Source of the DNA: Strigamia acuminata
Lineage: Eukaryota
Direction: 5' to 3'
Assembly: GCA_949358305.1 (NCBI GenBank)
Contig: OX442314.1
Span: 27,342,001-27,406,000, forward strand
Length of the DNA: 64,000 nucleotides
Under the pieces are notes generated by a model, which was not told where the DNA came from, ran no database searches, and saw only the letters and a program-made list of their open reading frames with translations. This document shows, piece by piece, positions 28,001 to 45,378 of the stretch. Position 1 is the stretch's first letter, and the number at the start of each line of letters is the position of its first letter. The translations under genes and the position numbers were made by a program.

Positions 28001-31000
28001 TAAGCCTAATATTAGGCCTAAGTAATGCTAAAATAAAGTAAATACACTACAATAAACTCATAATTAAAAGTAATTTGCAACGTAGTACCAAAATATTTTT
28101 GTTTATTTACCTTATTTTCGCATTATTAGGCCTAATATTAGGCTTAATACTGCCACATAACAACTGGAATTAGAAAATCGTCTGCGCAAAATGGGATGCG
28201 CAGTACGAATTTAGCATCAAGATAACGTGCGCGGACTGTAGTTAGATTACAATTCTGGTGTTATGGGCTACTTTTGTGCCAATACACCAGTGAGATGGCT
28301 CAACCAATAGGAGTTAGGATTACATTGTATCGGTTTGGTGTATAACTTAACACATGGCTCCGTTCCCAATTTTTGTTGTAAATAACATCAATAAAATACC
28401 CTGTAAGTTTTTAAACCGCTTTTCCGCTGCTCTTTTCTTCTTAAGTCTCTTCTCTTTGAGTTCTTTGTCGTTTACTCTTTCTCCTCCAACCATCTGCTCT
28501 TCCAACTGTTGTAGCCTAAAGAATGAATTAAAAAAAATTTGTATTATAATCCAACATTTAGAATATCCATCACAATAAAAATAATTCAAAGTATTTAATT
28601 TTTACAGTCAAGCTAAATATTTTTGCCACATTACCAATGTTAACACTTGAACAAATTATTACCTTTCCAGTGCTTGGACTTGCATGTTTGTTAATGTGTG
28701 CGGATCGCTTGTATGTAAAAGAGATAGATTTGGTATCCTAAAATATTAAATTAATCTATATACCTTTTCAATGCATTTCCTTTTGAATCTGTTAATGGTA
28801 TTTGTTGAACATCATTTTCAGGAACCTTTAAAACATAAATGTTTCATTAGTACTGTATTTGATTAATGTATTAGTTAAACATGATTATGACCATTGTCCA
28901 AACAATTTTAATACCCAAATACGTCGCAATATTGGCACCTCCAACCCTTGCCATTGTTATTGTGACATACGGTACAGAATTATTGCATGCAAACAACCAT
29001 GCTAATTGTTACAACTAAATCTGGGATTCGGGATTCAATAATTAAAGATTCGAGAAGGGTTCAGAAAGATTCAGGTAATTGTCGTACACTTTGCATGCAG
29101 CATCCCTTGATTTGTACAGTAGGGAGCAGTGTTGTATCGAACGCAAACTATTGGTTCGCGTTTGCGACCTCAGTTGGTTAGTTCACGAACTAAGATCGCG
29201 AACTAGTTCACTTTTACAAGTGAATGCAAAAAACGAACTTACAAGGGGAGAGCACCAATAAGCTATCACAGATTGTTATAATATTAAACAAGAAGGATTG
29301 TTATATCATGCTGAATGAGACCCTAAAATAATTTTATTCCATAGACAGCCAACAATGCAAACAATGAGCTCAAAGTTGGCACTATTTTGTCTGTGTATAC
29401 ATCAAATCTGAGCAATCAGGCCTAGTGTATGAATACTGTAAACAACAGTTGCTAGGTAAAAAATAGTCCCAAGATCCAAGTTCAATTTTATCATTTGAGA
29501 TTCAATGATGTCATTTCCTCTTTTGATATCACATGACATATGACATCAGAACTTTGTTCAACAACATGACTGTCTTCATGAAGACAATAATAGTTTGTAG
29601 TGGTGGTCCAGTGGTTCAGGCAATGGACTAGGAATCTTTCCACACAGGTTCAAATCCTGGTGTGTGTGAAAATTTTTTACTTTTATTTTTTATTTTTTTT
29701 TAGCAGTAATTTTAATGTTTGTAATTTTATGTTTGTTAAAAAATTAAAATTAATTAATTAAAGTTTTCTAAAAACAAACATAAAATTACAAACATTAAAA
29801 TTACTGCTAAAAAAAAATAAAAAATAAAAGTAAAAAATTTTCACACACACCAGGATTTGAACCTGTGTGGAAAGATTCCTAGTCCATTGCCTGAACCACT
29901 GGACCACCACTACAAACTATTATTGTCTTCATGAAGACAGTCATGTTGTTGAACAAAGTTCTGATGTCATATGTCATGTGATATCAAAAGAGGAAATGAC
30001 ATCATTGAATCTCAAATGATAAAATTGAACTTGGATCTTGGGACTATTTTTTACCTAGCAACTGTTGTTTACAGTATTCATACACTAGGCCTGATTGCTC
30101 AGATTTGATGTATACACAGACAAAATAGTGCCAACTTTGAGCTCATTGTTTGCATTGTTGGCTGTCTATGGAATAAAATTATTTTAGGGTCTCATTCAGC
30201 ATGATATAACAATCCTTCTTGTTTAATATTATAACAATCTGTGATAGCTTATTGGTGCTCTCCCCTTGTTAGTTCACTTTTAAGAGTGAACTTGAACGAA
30301 GTGATGAAAACAAAGTGATGAAAACGTCGCAAAAACATAACTTTTTGCATTGGTTTTAAATGTTTTGATCACTTTTTACAACGAAAACAGTGGCAAAAAC
30401 AGCCGTTTTCGTCATTAAAATCAATGAAAACTGCTTTACTAAAAAAAAGGTGTTTTTTTTCCCTTCTGCAAGCCACAAAACATAAAAGAAATTAATTTCA
30501 ATTTCTTAAAAAAAATTGGTAAAGTGAACTGAACTATTGGTTCAAGTTTGTGAACTTGAACTTAGTTCACTTTGAAATAAATTGTAGTGAACGTGAACTA
30601 GTTCACACGGTGATGAACGCGAACTTAAACTAGTTCGTGATTTGGTGAACGAGATACAACACTGGTAGGGAATTCACTGTATTATACTATAATTGAAACT
30701 AAAGAGTTTGGATAATCTTACCGCATGCTGTTTATTGCTTAAATTAGAAAGCTCTTCTTCATATTTTTGTTTTAAACTGGACACATGTTCTTGTAATTTG
30801 GCATTACTCCTTTGTTCTGCATGATATTTTTCTTTTAATTCATGCATCATTTGTTCATATTCCTATAAAAATTCACATTTTTAAAACATTTATATTGCTA
30901 AATTGCCATAATCTACTCAAACTAACTTGTTGTAATTTTTCTTTTGCTCTGTTTACTTCATCTGTGAATAAAAGTAAATTTTGTTTTAAGCATTACAAGA

Positions 31001-31725
31001 TCCAAAACAACATTTTAATTTCTGATACCATTAATATCTGGCTGGGCTGCAGAACTAATTTCACCACTTTCAACCATTCTCTTTAACCTTAGAATCTCCT
31101 CTTGGTATTCTCTGAGCAAAGTGTCCTTAGGATCTTCATTAATCTTTGGTTTATTCTTGATATTTTTTGTCCTATTTGCATATCTTAGTGTACTTAAAGT
31201 TTCATCATAGTTGTTGTCTGCTGGTGACAAACAAGCCACCATCAAAGTTTTAGTATTTCCACCTAATGAATCCTGAAAAAACAAAAATGCATATAAAGTT
31301 AGCAGTATGGACAAATCTTGTAATATTTACCTGTAATAATCTAGTTAATTTTGAATCTCTGTATGGAATATGCGTAGATTTTCCATCAACTAGAGCTGAA
31401 ATAACATTTCCAAGAGCTGACAAAGACAAATTAATTTTCGTTGCTTCTTTGAGTCTGTCTCCTGATGCTCCAGTCTTGGCCTGTCTTTCACTTCCTGCTA
31501 AATCCACTAAATTTAATTTTCCCTTTCTAATATGCTGCTTGTCATCTGTGCTATTTGTGTCCATCATTTCAACAGAAACAGTAAATATTGAATGCGATCT
31601 AGATGAATCAGCATTCATCAGTGTCGATCCAGTTGATCGGTTTTTCCAACCCTGGTTCATGATATCTTCACATTCCTTCACATTGTGCACTGGATGCCAG
31701 GACAATCCTGAATAATAATAATAAC

Positions 31726-31763
<38 letters not shown>

Positions 31764-33766
31764 TGATGATGATAATAAAAACAAAAACAACATTTATTTA
31801 ACCTGGTATATAAACTCCTTTGTCAGAATGCTCTTTCAAGTCCAGCTTCTTTTTGCAGTCTATTCCTAACAGGTCTCGTATTTCTTCGTTATAGATTTCA
31901 AGGTAAGAAGAGTGTACCAAATATTTTGCATGGTCTGATGTTGCAATTGCTTCAAAAATGTGCTCAAAAGAACGTGGTATGATTCCTCTTTGGGTTGGAG
32001 GATTCAAAACACCCTGCATACTGAACGATTTTCCACATCCAGTTTGACCATACGCGAAAACCGTGCTGTTGTAACCTTCTAAAACGCCCTGAAATAAATA
32101 CGATTTAATTTATTTATTGTGTTGACTGAGAGCTGGAAATTTGGTACACATTGCTTTGAAGGACATGCCCTAAAATGCAAGTTTGACCAGATCCTGGGAT
32201 CTAATTGGGTGGGTGCTTTTTATGGCATGCCATAAAAGTCCAATCCTGCTGGGAAATTGGGGCTCGTTTTATCCGGCACTGCCAGATAATTCGAATTATG
32301 CAGAACCCTGGACGAACTCACGATGTTAAGGCATGCCATCTAAAGCTTAGGTATATAATACTTTTTTCTTTTAGAGAATTGCATACACCAGCGTTTCTCG
32401 CCCCACTAGCGGGTTGCTAGCTGATTTTTGATGGGGCGCAATAGTAATGCTTTATCTTACACATTACTAATTTTACTTATTTCCACAACTTTGATCTGAG
32501 AATTGTAGAAATAAGTAAATAAAAAGGAATTACAGGAAAATAAAGGGTTACGAGATGACTTTTTCTGGCTAGTCAATAAGCATCACTTAGGGTTTCAGTA
32601 CTGGGAAACCCAGTGAGAAATCACAGTACCGGGAACCGGGAGATTTGAGAAAAACCGGTTCCGTCCATAATTCATTGCTGAAACGTCATTTTCGTCATCA
32701 AAACGTTATATTTTGTTACGTTTCAATGATAAAAATGGCCATTTTTAACAAAAAACAGCCAGTTTTAACATGGAAAATGGCTAAAAATGGCTAAAAATGG
32801 CCATTCTTGAGGAAAAACGGCCATTCTTGACGAAAAACGGCCATTTGTCACAAAAAATGGCCATATTTTTGCCATTTTTCGTTGCCTTTCGCCTAATTTT
32901 TTTTAGTCTCGGGGGTACCGATTTCCCGAGAGTACCGCCCCTTTTGGTACCGGAAACCGGGAATTCCAAAAAGGCGGAAAAACAGAAACCCTAGTATCAC
33001 TAAAAATTTCAAAGTGCTGGGGATGAAGTGGGTCGCGATAGACTGCCTTTCTAAAAAGTATGCCGTAATGTTAAAAAGTTTGAGAACCCCTGGCACAAAC
33101 TATGTACACATAGCATCAGTTTTGTGTAAAACTTCGAATGTGACTTACGAGTTAGTGAAACTTGCACGTTAATCACCCAAAACGCATTAAAAAGTTCAAA
33201 TGGGGGTGGCTATCATTTTTTTTTGAACTATCACATATTATGTATTACCTCTACTAATGGATATGCAATTTCATTATAAATCTGCTCTGTAGTGGAATCC
33301 AATCCATAAACTCCATCAAATGTGAAGCACTTTGGCGGTGCATTCGGATCACCTGGGTTAATTATTGTACAATCATTCTTATCCATGGACACAACCACCT
33401 GCACAATAAAAACAAAGTGTCATTAAATTGCTGTGAAAAAAGTGAATCCTTCTCATTTCCATTTAATGGTAAAAATTGATTTAATGATTTAAAAACAAGG
33501 ACTAAATTATTCTGGGAAAATTAGATACCCATAGCCTTGAACTGATGTTCTGGGATTTATTTTTTCCAAAAAATACTTCCTTCTTGTTGATGGCATTAAA
33601 CTAGGTCACTTCTCCATTGTCTATACTCCATTGTTCTATTCAAAATGCTACTCACATTCACAACCAATTAATAAATAATGATCCTTACCTTACTACTCAG
33701 ATCTATCTCTCTTTTATTCAATGGCCTACACCTTACAATAACTTTGACAGTTTCACAAGTTGCCAT
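25009..33766 (-). CDS. KIF17: Kinesin-2 family motor KIF17/OSM-3
   Basis: Exons 33766-33689 ([17 protein letters not shown]), 33398-33249, 32088-31803 (P-loop [15 protein letters not shown]), 31707-31331 ([34 protein letters not shown]), 31272-31029 ([17 protein letters not shown]), then coiled-coil exons 30961-30927, 30862-30722, ~28825-28400 ([12 protein letters not shown]) and ~27220-26850 ([23 protein letters not shown], typical of KIF17). Tail exons end at the stop at 25009; the 3' exon limits are approximate. Confidence 0.9.
25914..26490. mobile_element. MITE with TIRs CATTTACCATGTTTACATG/CATGTAAACATGGTAAATG, in a KIF17 intron
   Basis: Perfect 19-bp terminal inverted repeats with internal CATGTAAAC and TTATCTGGA sub-repeats. 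Confidence 0.65.
27910..28238. mobile_element. Fold-back MITE with ~120-bp TIRs, TA-flanked
   Basis: GTCTGTGCACGGTATCTTGATGCTAAATTCGTACTGCGCATCCCA... is mirrored at ~28125-28238; nested inside older repeats at 27355-28318. Confidence 0.75.
29242..30268. mobile_element. 1027-bp fold-back element: 496-bp inverted arms, 35-bp spacer, TTA TSD (PIF/Harbinger-type target)
   Basis: Arms 29242-29737 and 29773-30268 are reverse complements with no mismatch noticed by eye. TTA is duplicated at 29239-29241 and 30269-30271; the empty site GAACTTAGTTCAC matches a sub-repeat of the host element at ~30558. Confidence 0.9.
29597..29668 (+). other. tRNA-derived Pol III cassette (A box, B box, downstream T-runs); mirror copy on the - strand at 29842-29913
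   Basis: A box TGGTCCAGTGG at 29604-29614 and B box GGTTCAAATCC at 29647-29657 at tRNA-like spacing, followed by oligo-T. The acceptor stem does not pair, so it is not a bona fide tRNA. Confidence 0.6.
31711..31776. repeat. (AAT)n/(GAT)n microsatellite filling a short KIF17 intron
   Basis: Direct reading. Confidence 0.95.
32588..32993. mobile_element. hAT-like MITE (TAGGGTTTC...GAAACCCTA)
   Basis: TIRs plus 8-bp TSD GCATCACT/GTATCACT; related copy starting at ~27564. Confidence 0.75.
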
Positions 33767-33876
33767 TGTTGTGTTCTGAAGTAATTATCACTATCCAATT
33801 TCCTAGAAAATAAAAAAACACAAGAAATTGTAACATTGAAAATTAACTGCAGAATAAAATTTCTGAAAAGAACTTA

Positions 33877-33890
33877 GTAACCATAGCTAC
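33877..33890. promoter_or_regulatory. X-box-like site (GTAACCATAGCTAC) upstream of the first KIF17 coding exon
   Basis: Matches the RFX consensus; a second partial site at 33916-33929. KIF17/osm-3 is a ciliary transport motor. Confidence 0.5.
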
Positions 33891-34707
33891 TGATCAATAA
33901 CTTTATAACTCCTAGGTAACTATGGCACTAGTAGTGTTGTCCACTGTGAGACCAGTTAGTCTACAAATCAATAGATTGATTAGCAACATAAAAGCTAATT
34001 CTGTTGAAACCACTATAAATTCAAGTCTTAAAAATGCAATAGCACAAAATTAAGCACAACAATTAATTACTGTGGACCATTATAAGTCCATAACTCTTTT
34101 TTCCATGCCACTATTGTTAGTAACAATAAAATATGAATGCCACATTTAATAATGCACAGTCATAGTTTGCATCCACATTAAATTGTCACAAAAAGATAAC
34201 CATCAAATAGAAGCGTTCAACATTGATTTTGTGATTATATTGTAAATGTAGCATATTTATTGGAAATCGATTGACAAACATTGTAAAATAATTGTGCAAT
34301 AATTCAATCATACTTTGACTGGGTCATCACAGAATTATGTCACCAAAGCCAATAAAAATAGAGTGTAATATTGTCATCCCTGCACTATGTTCAGTTGACA
34401 CACAAAAAGTCGTTAGAACTATTTTGATCATAAAAGAAAACACCTTTAGTTTGCATTCACATCTTTCTAAACCAATCATTTGTTTTGTTGGGTATTGAGT
34501 ATTCTACGTAAGTGACAGGTAGCTATGTAAACTACAATTGCCTTAAATTCCATCATTATTCACCCGTCAAAAGATGTATGAGAACAATAAATGACTTTTG
34601 GCCTTGACTTTGAATGAGTTTAATAAATGACAATTATTGCACCTACCAAGTGTTTAACCTTGAAATCACACCCCTGCCCCCTGCCATTTTATCAGATTAC
34701 TCATATA

Positions 34708-34977
34708 CCGTATTTTATCGATTAAGAGCCGCAGCTCTTATTCAAAACTGCCATTTTTGTCAGCAATTACAATTTCAGTTTTTCGTTTGTTACATTTGTT
34801 TAATGTAACGAACGAAGTCTGAACGTCACGAACGAAGCGTAAGTTCATCGTTCGTGAGGTTAAATACGGAAACGATACCGTACTTTTGTAAAAATACGGT
34901 ATTCTTGGCGTCTCAGCCGCGGCTACTATTCGAGGGCGGCTACAATTCGAGGGCGACTCTTAATCGGTAAAATACAG
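34708..34977. mobile_element. TA-flanked MITE with CCGTATTTT-type TIRs (pogo/Tigger-like)
   Basis: TACCGTATTTTATCGATTAAGAG...CTCTTAATCGGTAAAATACAGTA; similar TACCGTATT...AATACGGTA elements at ~8747-8840 and ~24045-24200. Confidence 0.6.
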
Positions 34978-37352
34978 TATCTTCTTAGCAGTTGTATTCC
35001 ACTTATTTATTTCATATATTTCTTCCCAATTTCCGCGCGAAATATTGCACGCAACCTATTTGCGTGATTGTGAACAACAATTCGCAGCATTGTAAACTAG
35101 CCTTTATACATTGTTAAAATGTGAAGTGGAAAACCCTTTACGAATTGATTATTCATTCAAATTGATCGATACTGGCAACTGAACGATGATACGCTCAATT
35201 GAACGATGACATGCTCAATTGAATAATGATACGACACTCAATTCGTGACGGGAATGGCTCTTCAACAATGCTACTAAACCCTTAGCCCTGCTACGGTAAT
35301 ACACTTTATAACAGGGGTCGGCAAGTAATTTTAAGCGGGGTCCGGATACTATTGAAAATTTTTATCGAGGTTCAGAAAAAAAACACTTAAAAGCCTTACT
35401 AAAAACCTAAGAAAACGGAAAAAAACACTTAAAAACCAAATAAACCCCCCAATAAACACACACAATCCAAAAAATACCAATAAAACCTAAAAAACACGAG
35501 AAAAAACAGGAAAAACAAAGAAAAAAACATAAAAAAACCAAAGAAACCGAGGGAAAAACGTCACCGCGGTCCAAGTTTACCGGTATTTCCTTTCCTTATA
35601 AACAACTCATACGTTAGAGCTATTTTCCAAACTGTCAGACAAAGTTACTCGCCTCAATTACACATAATTGATTCCAAAATGCGATCGATAAAAAGTCAGT
35701 CCATCTAGTATCCACATCTGCACAAAAATGTAGAACCAACTTCTACTTAATGGCTATTAATTCATCACAGAAAACACGTTACTCTTTCGACCTTAACCCA
35801 ATTCACGATATAAACAAACACTAGGCGCATTCAATAAAACGTTTCACGGGCGAATTACACAGTTCGACGAGAATTAACACGAGATTCTCGTGCAGACGTT
35901 TGGATGGTCATCTCCAGGGGATGTACTTCATTTTAGCGATTTCATTTTAGCGATTTCATTTTAGCGACACACCATTTTAGCGAACATGTCATTTTAGCGA
36001 CACAAAAACCTAGGTGTAATTCCTAAGAAGGAATACTTAAGACAGCACGAGTATCAGTGGCGTGCGGTTGACATGGGTCCACGAGCCTAGGGAACCCAAG
36101 GAGGATTAAAAAAAGTGTTTTCTTGAATAAATATACGGAAAATCTTAGCTAAAAAGCCCATCAACCCAACATTACGCCACTAATGAATACATTCAGGGCT
36201 CGAAATGGAAAATTTTACGACCCGAAACAAACACCACTTCAGAATTAAAAAAAAAAATTGTTTAATTGCAAAATCGCAAGAAAAAAAATATCACGAATAT
36301 TTTCCGTAATTTAGTAGTGCTAATTTGGTGTCCATTTCACACGAAATGTAATAGAATATATCGATAGTTTTAAAATAATGATCAAATCATGAAATAAAAT
36401 GCGCGTAAAAATATTAAGTAAGTGTTAAAATAGCCTTACCTTAAGAATTATTTATGATATTCATGTGTAAGTCACTTATTGATGTTTGAGGAAGACAGGA
36501 TAAAAACAGTAAACAACAAAAAAAGAAACAAAACGAGTTCAATAATCAGATCTTCATGTCACGTAAACAATTTCATGATCGGTGTTAGAAAATCGTGTCT
36601 GAGAGGCTGGAAGTGCCATTTTGTGATTAAAAATCCACCTGTTTGGGTTGGCACTTGCACTCTTTTATCCAATTTTCAACGGGCAATGCTCACTTTTTTC
36701 TGCTAGCTAATTTCAGCATGGCTCGTTACCAGGAGCTGCCGGTCCTAGCAACGGAAACTCACGTTGCTCTATGACGCGTGCGGCTCCGACCAATAAAAAT
36801 TTCTCGTTTTTTACGTCGGTTTTATTGTTTTATTAAATTAGAAAATTGGTATTTTCGTTTTGGGAAAGAAAAAGTTTTTGGTGGTTATTTTTTCCAATAA
36901 AATTCATTTCTGTACAATTTTCATTGCCACTTTAATTAGAGACAAAACGACTCGTGTCATTGCTCCCTATGTGGAATTTGGGTGATTCCTTCTCATTAGA
37001 AACACGCAATCTGTTGACACATGAATAAATTGAACAGTTTTATCTTTTATTTCTTGTTTTGGTTTATTATTAGTCTGTAATGTCTCATCCGGTCTGCGTC
37101 TAGAAAAACCGACCTTTGGTCAGAGTTGAAAATTAAAAATCTTTCATTTTATTTGAAAGAAATAAAATAAAATTTTTTTTTTAAAAATGTTGTTTTATAT
37201 AAATATTTTGATTTAAAAAAATGTGATATTTTTTATTGCGTGTAAAAATAGTTTTATATCGTTATTTTGATATTTATCTGAATATATTATTTTTATATTT
37301 TCCAAAATATTGGAATATCGATTTTCAGATTCTGTAATTTACCGCTAGATAG

Positions 37353-42478
<5,126 letters not shown>

Positions 42479-43516
42479 ATATATTAATGTTTACAAAAAT
42501 GTTAAGGAAATTAATCTAGTCTTGTAGTATGAAACGTCCAGCTCGAAAATTAAAAATCGCAAATATTTTCGTAGTCAAAAAAATTATTTTTTTCTCGGTT
42601 TATTTCTGTTTTATCTTTTTAACAATTATTTTATTTAGAAACAGTAGAACTGGGTCCCGCGGCGGCTTGTCCCCTCTTTCTGGGCCTTGGTTTGGTTCCC
42701 TCGCGAAAACCATTTCTGAAATTGATTTTGAGATGTTATAAAAATTTCGAATTTTTTTTTTTTTTGGAATTGAAATTTGAGTTTTTTGTACCGGAATTTG
42801 CGATAAATCGTCTTCAAATAACGAATGCGACCGGTTCCAGTTGTTTTTCGACGTTGGGCTTTCTCGCTCCAATTATCTGAAATTAATTTTTGATTTTAGT
42901 TAGTTTTTTCTTTGGGTGATTTCGGTGATTTTTTTGTCATTTTCAACGTACAGTGACGAAGCTTCGCCGCCGGGTAACCGCATTGCGCACATTTCGACTT
43001 CTGAATGTGGTAACTAGACCTTCCACAACGTCTGCACAGCGTGTGTGTCTTATTTCTCCGTTTACCAAACGATGAAGTACCTTTCGTCTAAAATATATCG
43101 AGAAATAAAAATGGATGCACAATTAGGCTTAGGAACCTAAGAAAGCTACAAATTTCTCAATCATCCGTTATTTTTTAAGAAATATAACATTTCCGAGTTT
43201 AAAAACTCGAACTAACGATCACTTCATACCATTTATGTAATATTTAACCATAAATATAAATAATAATTTGCAGATTGAAATGGATTAGTGAAAACGTACC
43301 ATGTTGCTGGCGAAGAGCACTCGACCACCACTACCGGATGTGATGTAAACGGAAGTGAAATTTGCAAAAGAACAATCCTAAAACGCGCCGTAACTGTACC
43401 GCTTGTAGTCTAAAAAGCTGCCGCTAGGGTAAATATATGTTTATTGAAGATATCTCGTTTTATCGTCGTATTTTCAATCAAGTTCTCAGCGGATTCAATT
43501 TCATTAGACATTCATA

Positions 43517-45218
43517 ATGGTAAGTATCGAAAGAACATAATTCATTGTTAAAAAAGTACAATTTACTAATTTATTTTCTTTGATTTATGAAAGGGCGAAC
43601 GAAAAGGACAGAATAAATATTATCCGCCAGATTACAGGCCTGAAAAAGGATCGTTGAATAAATACCATGGAACTCACGCACTTCGAGAACGAGCGAGGAA
43701 ATTGGATCAGGGAATTCTTATTATTCGGTATAAAATCAAAGAACTAAATTTAAAAATAAAAATTTAATTTGTGATTTATTTTTTCACGCAGGTTTGAAAT
43801 GCCGTATAATATTTGGTGCGACGGCTGCGGAAATCACATTGGAATGGGCGTACGATACAATGCGGAGAAAAGAAAGGTCGGGATGTATTACTCGACGCCT
43901 ATATATCAATTTCGAATGAAATGTCACTTGTGCGACAGCCATTTCGAAATGAAAACAGACCCACAGGTATATATTGGATTTTGAGACCCAAAAAATGAAT
44001 TACTAATCACAAAACACGTAAAGAAATGCACTTTATTAAGAGAAATGCATAAAAATCAATTTTTTAAGTGTAAAACTTTGATTTTTATGTGTAAAAATGA
44101 ATAAAAATTATTTTTAACGCGTAAAAATGCATAAAAATCATTTTTTAACGCGTAAAAATGCATAAAAATAATTTTTTTGTGTGTAAAAGTTAGATTTTTA
44201 CCTGTCAAAAAGCATAAAAATTAATTTTTCTTGAGTAATAGTTTGATTTTCATGTGTAAAAATATAATTTTAAGCGCTCAAATGCATTTTTTAGGTGCAA
44301 ACCCTACCCCAATGAGCAATAAAATGCATATTTAATTCGCTACTGCTGCATTATTTATTGATTTTAAAAAAAAAGTAAATTTATTTTGAAATTTTACTGT
44401 AGAATTTGGATTACATTGTCGTTTGTGGTGCGCGGAGACAGGAGAGACGATGGGACCCGACGGAGAATTCGCAAGTGGTTCCCGAGGATAAAGACACGAG
44501 TCAGAAGTTGGCCACGGATGCGATGTTTCGGCTGGAACACGGAGCCGAAGATAGAAGGAAGGGAAAGGAAGCTGCGCCCTCTTTAGCGCGGCTCGAAGAC
44601 ATGCAGAATCGATGGAAAGACGATTACATGAGCAATAAATGCTTGAGACATATTTTTAGAGTAAATTTACTGCATTAACATTTTGTTAAGGGTGAGAATT
44701 TGAATTAAAATTTGTCATTTTTGTAGGAAAAAAAGAAGGAAAGTCAAGAAAAGGAGAAGAATAATAAATTGCTGCTGATTAAATCGTCGTTAAATATACC
44801 GTTAGTGGAAGAGAACCCGGAAGATGTGAAGATTGCAAAGTTGCTGAAATTAACTCCGCTACAAAGTAAACTAATAAAGAACAAAATTGAAAATTTCATT
44901 TAAAATAATTCAAATTTTTCGTATAAAATTTTAAAAAAAATAACAATTTCATTAAAAAGTTTAAAATTTCATTATTACATGTCAGAATTTTATAATTTTT
45001 TTTCTCGTGAAGGTTACGAAGAAAGACAGCGCGAAAAGAGAATTGAAATCGATTCGAAACCGATTCTCCCTCAAACGATCAAGAACTGTAACCCTAACCA
45101 ACTGGATTTAAAAGTTAAGCGCCAGGAATTAGTGAGGATAAAAAATAGCAATTCAAATCCCGAAACCAGTAAATCGTTAGTTGCGAGCGAATATAATGAC
45201 AGTGGAGACAGTAATTAA
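43517..45218 (+). CDS. CCDC130: Splicing-related coiled-coil protein CCDC130/YJU2B (CWC16 family)
   Basis: ATG|gtaagt at 43517, then exons from 43594: MGERKGQNKYYPPDY...HALRERARKLDQGILIIRFEMPYNIWCDGCGNHIGMGVRYNAEK...MKCHLC...LATDAMFRLEHG...SLVASEYNDSGDSN*. Confidence 0.92.
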
Positions 45219-45378
45219 TTGTTAATTAGTTCATCATCTCATCTAACAAACTGTTTTGTTGTAAATAATTTTGAAATAAAGTTTTTCCATACGTATCGGT
45301 CTTTCTTTAGTCGCACAGTGCGGTGCTGTCCTTCAGCAAGCGAAGCACACTCGTACACGTCGTAATCATTTTTATAAA

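Larger units (their letters stand above)
29127..30664. mobile_element. hAT-like non-autonomous element (TIR CAGTGTTGTATC) hosting the palindromic insertion
   Basis: 12-bp TIRs; 8-bp TSD GTAGGGAG/GTAGGGAA; many internal GAACTAGTTC-type sub-repeats. Confidence 0.75.

Noticed and set aside
29597..29668. Functional tRNA gene (apparent AGG anticodon loop)
   Set aside because: Acceptor and anticodon stems pair poorly and it lies within a transposon arm; treated as tRNA-derived.
31266..31715. 149-aa + strand ORF and similar antisense ORFs over KIF17, pol and the orphan ORF
   Set aside because: Antisense shadows of real coding exons.
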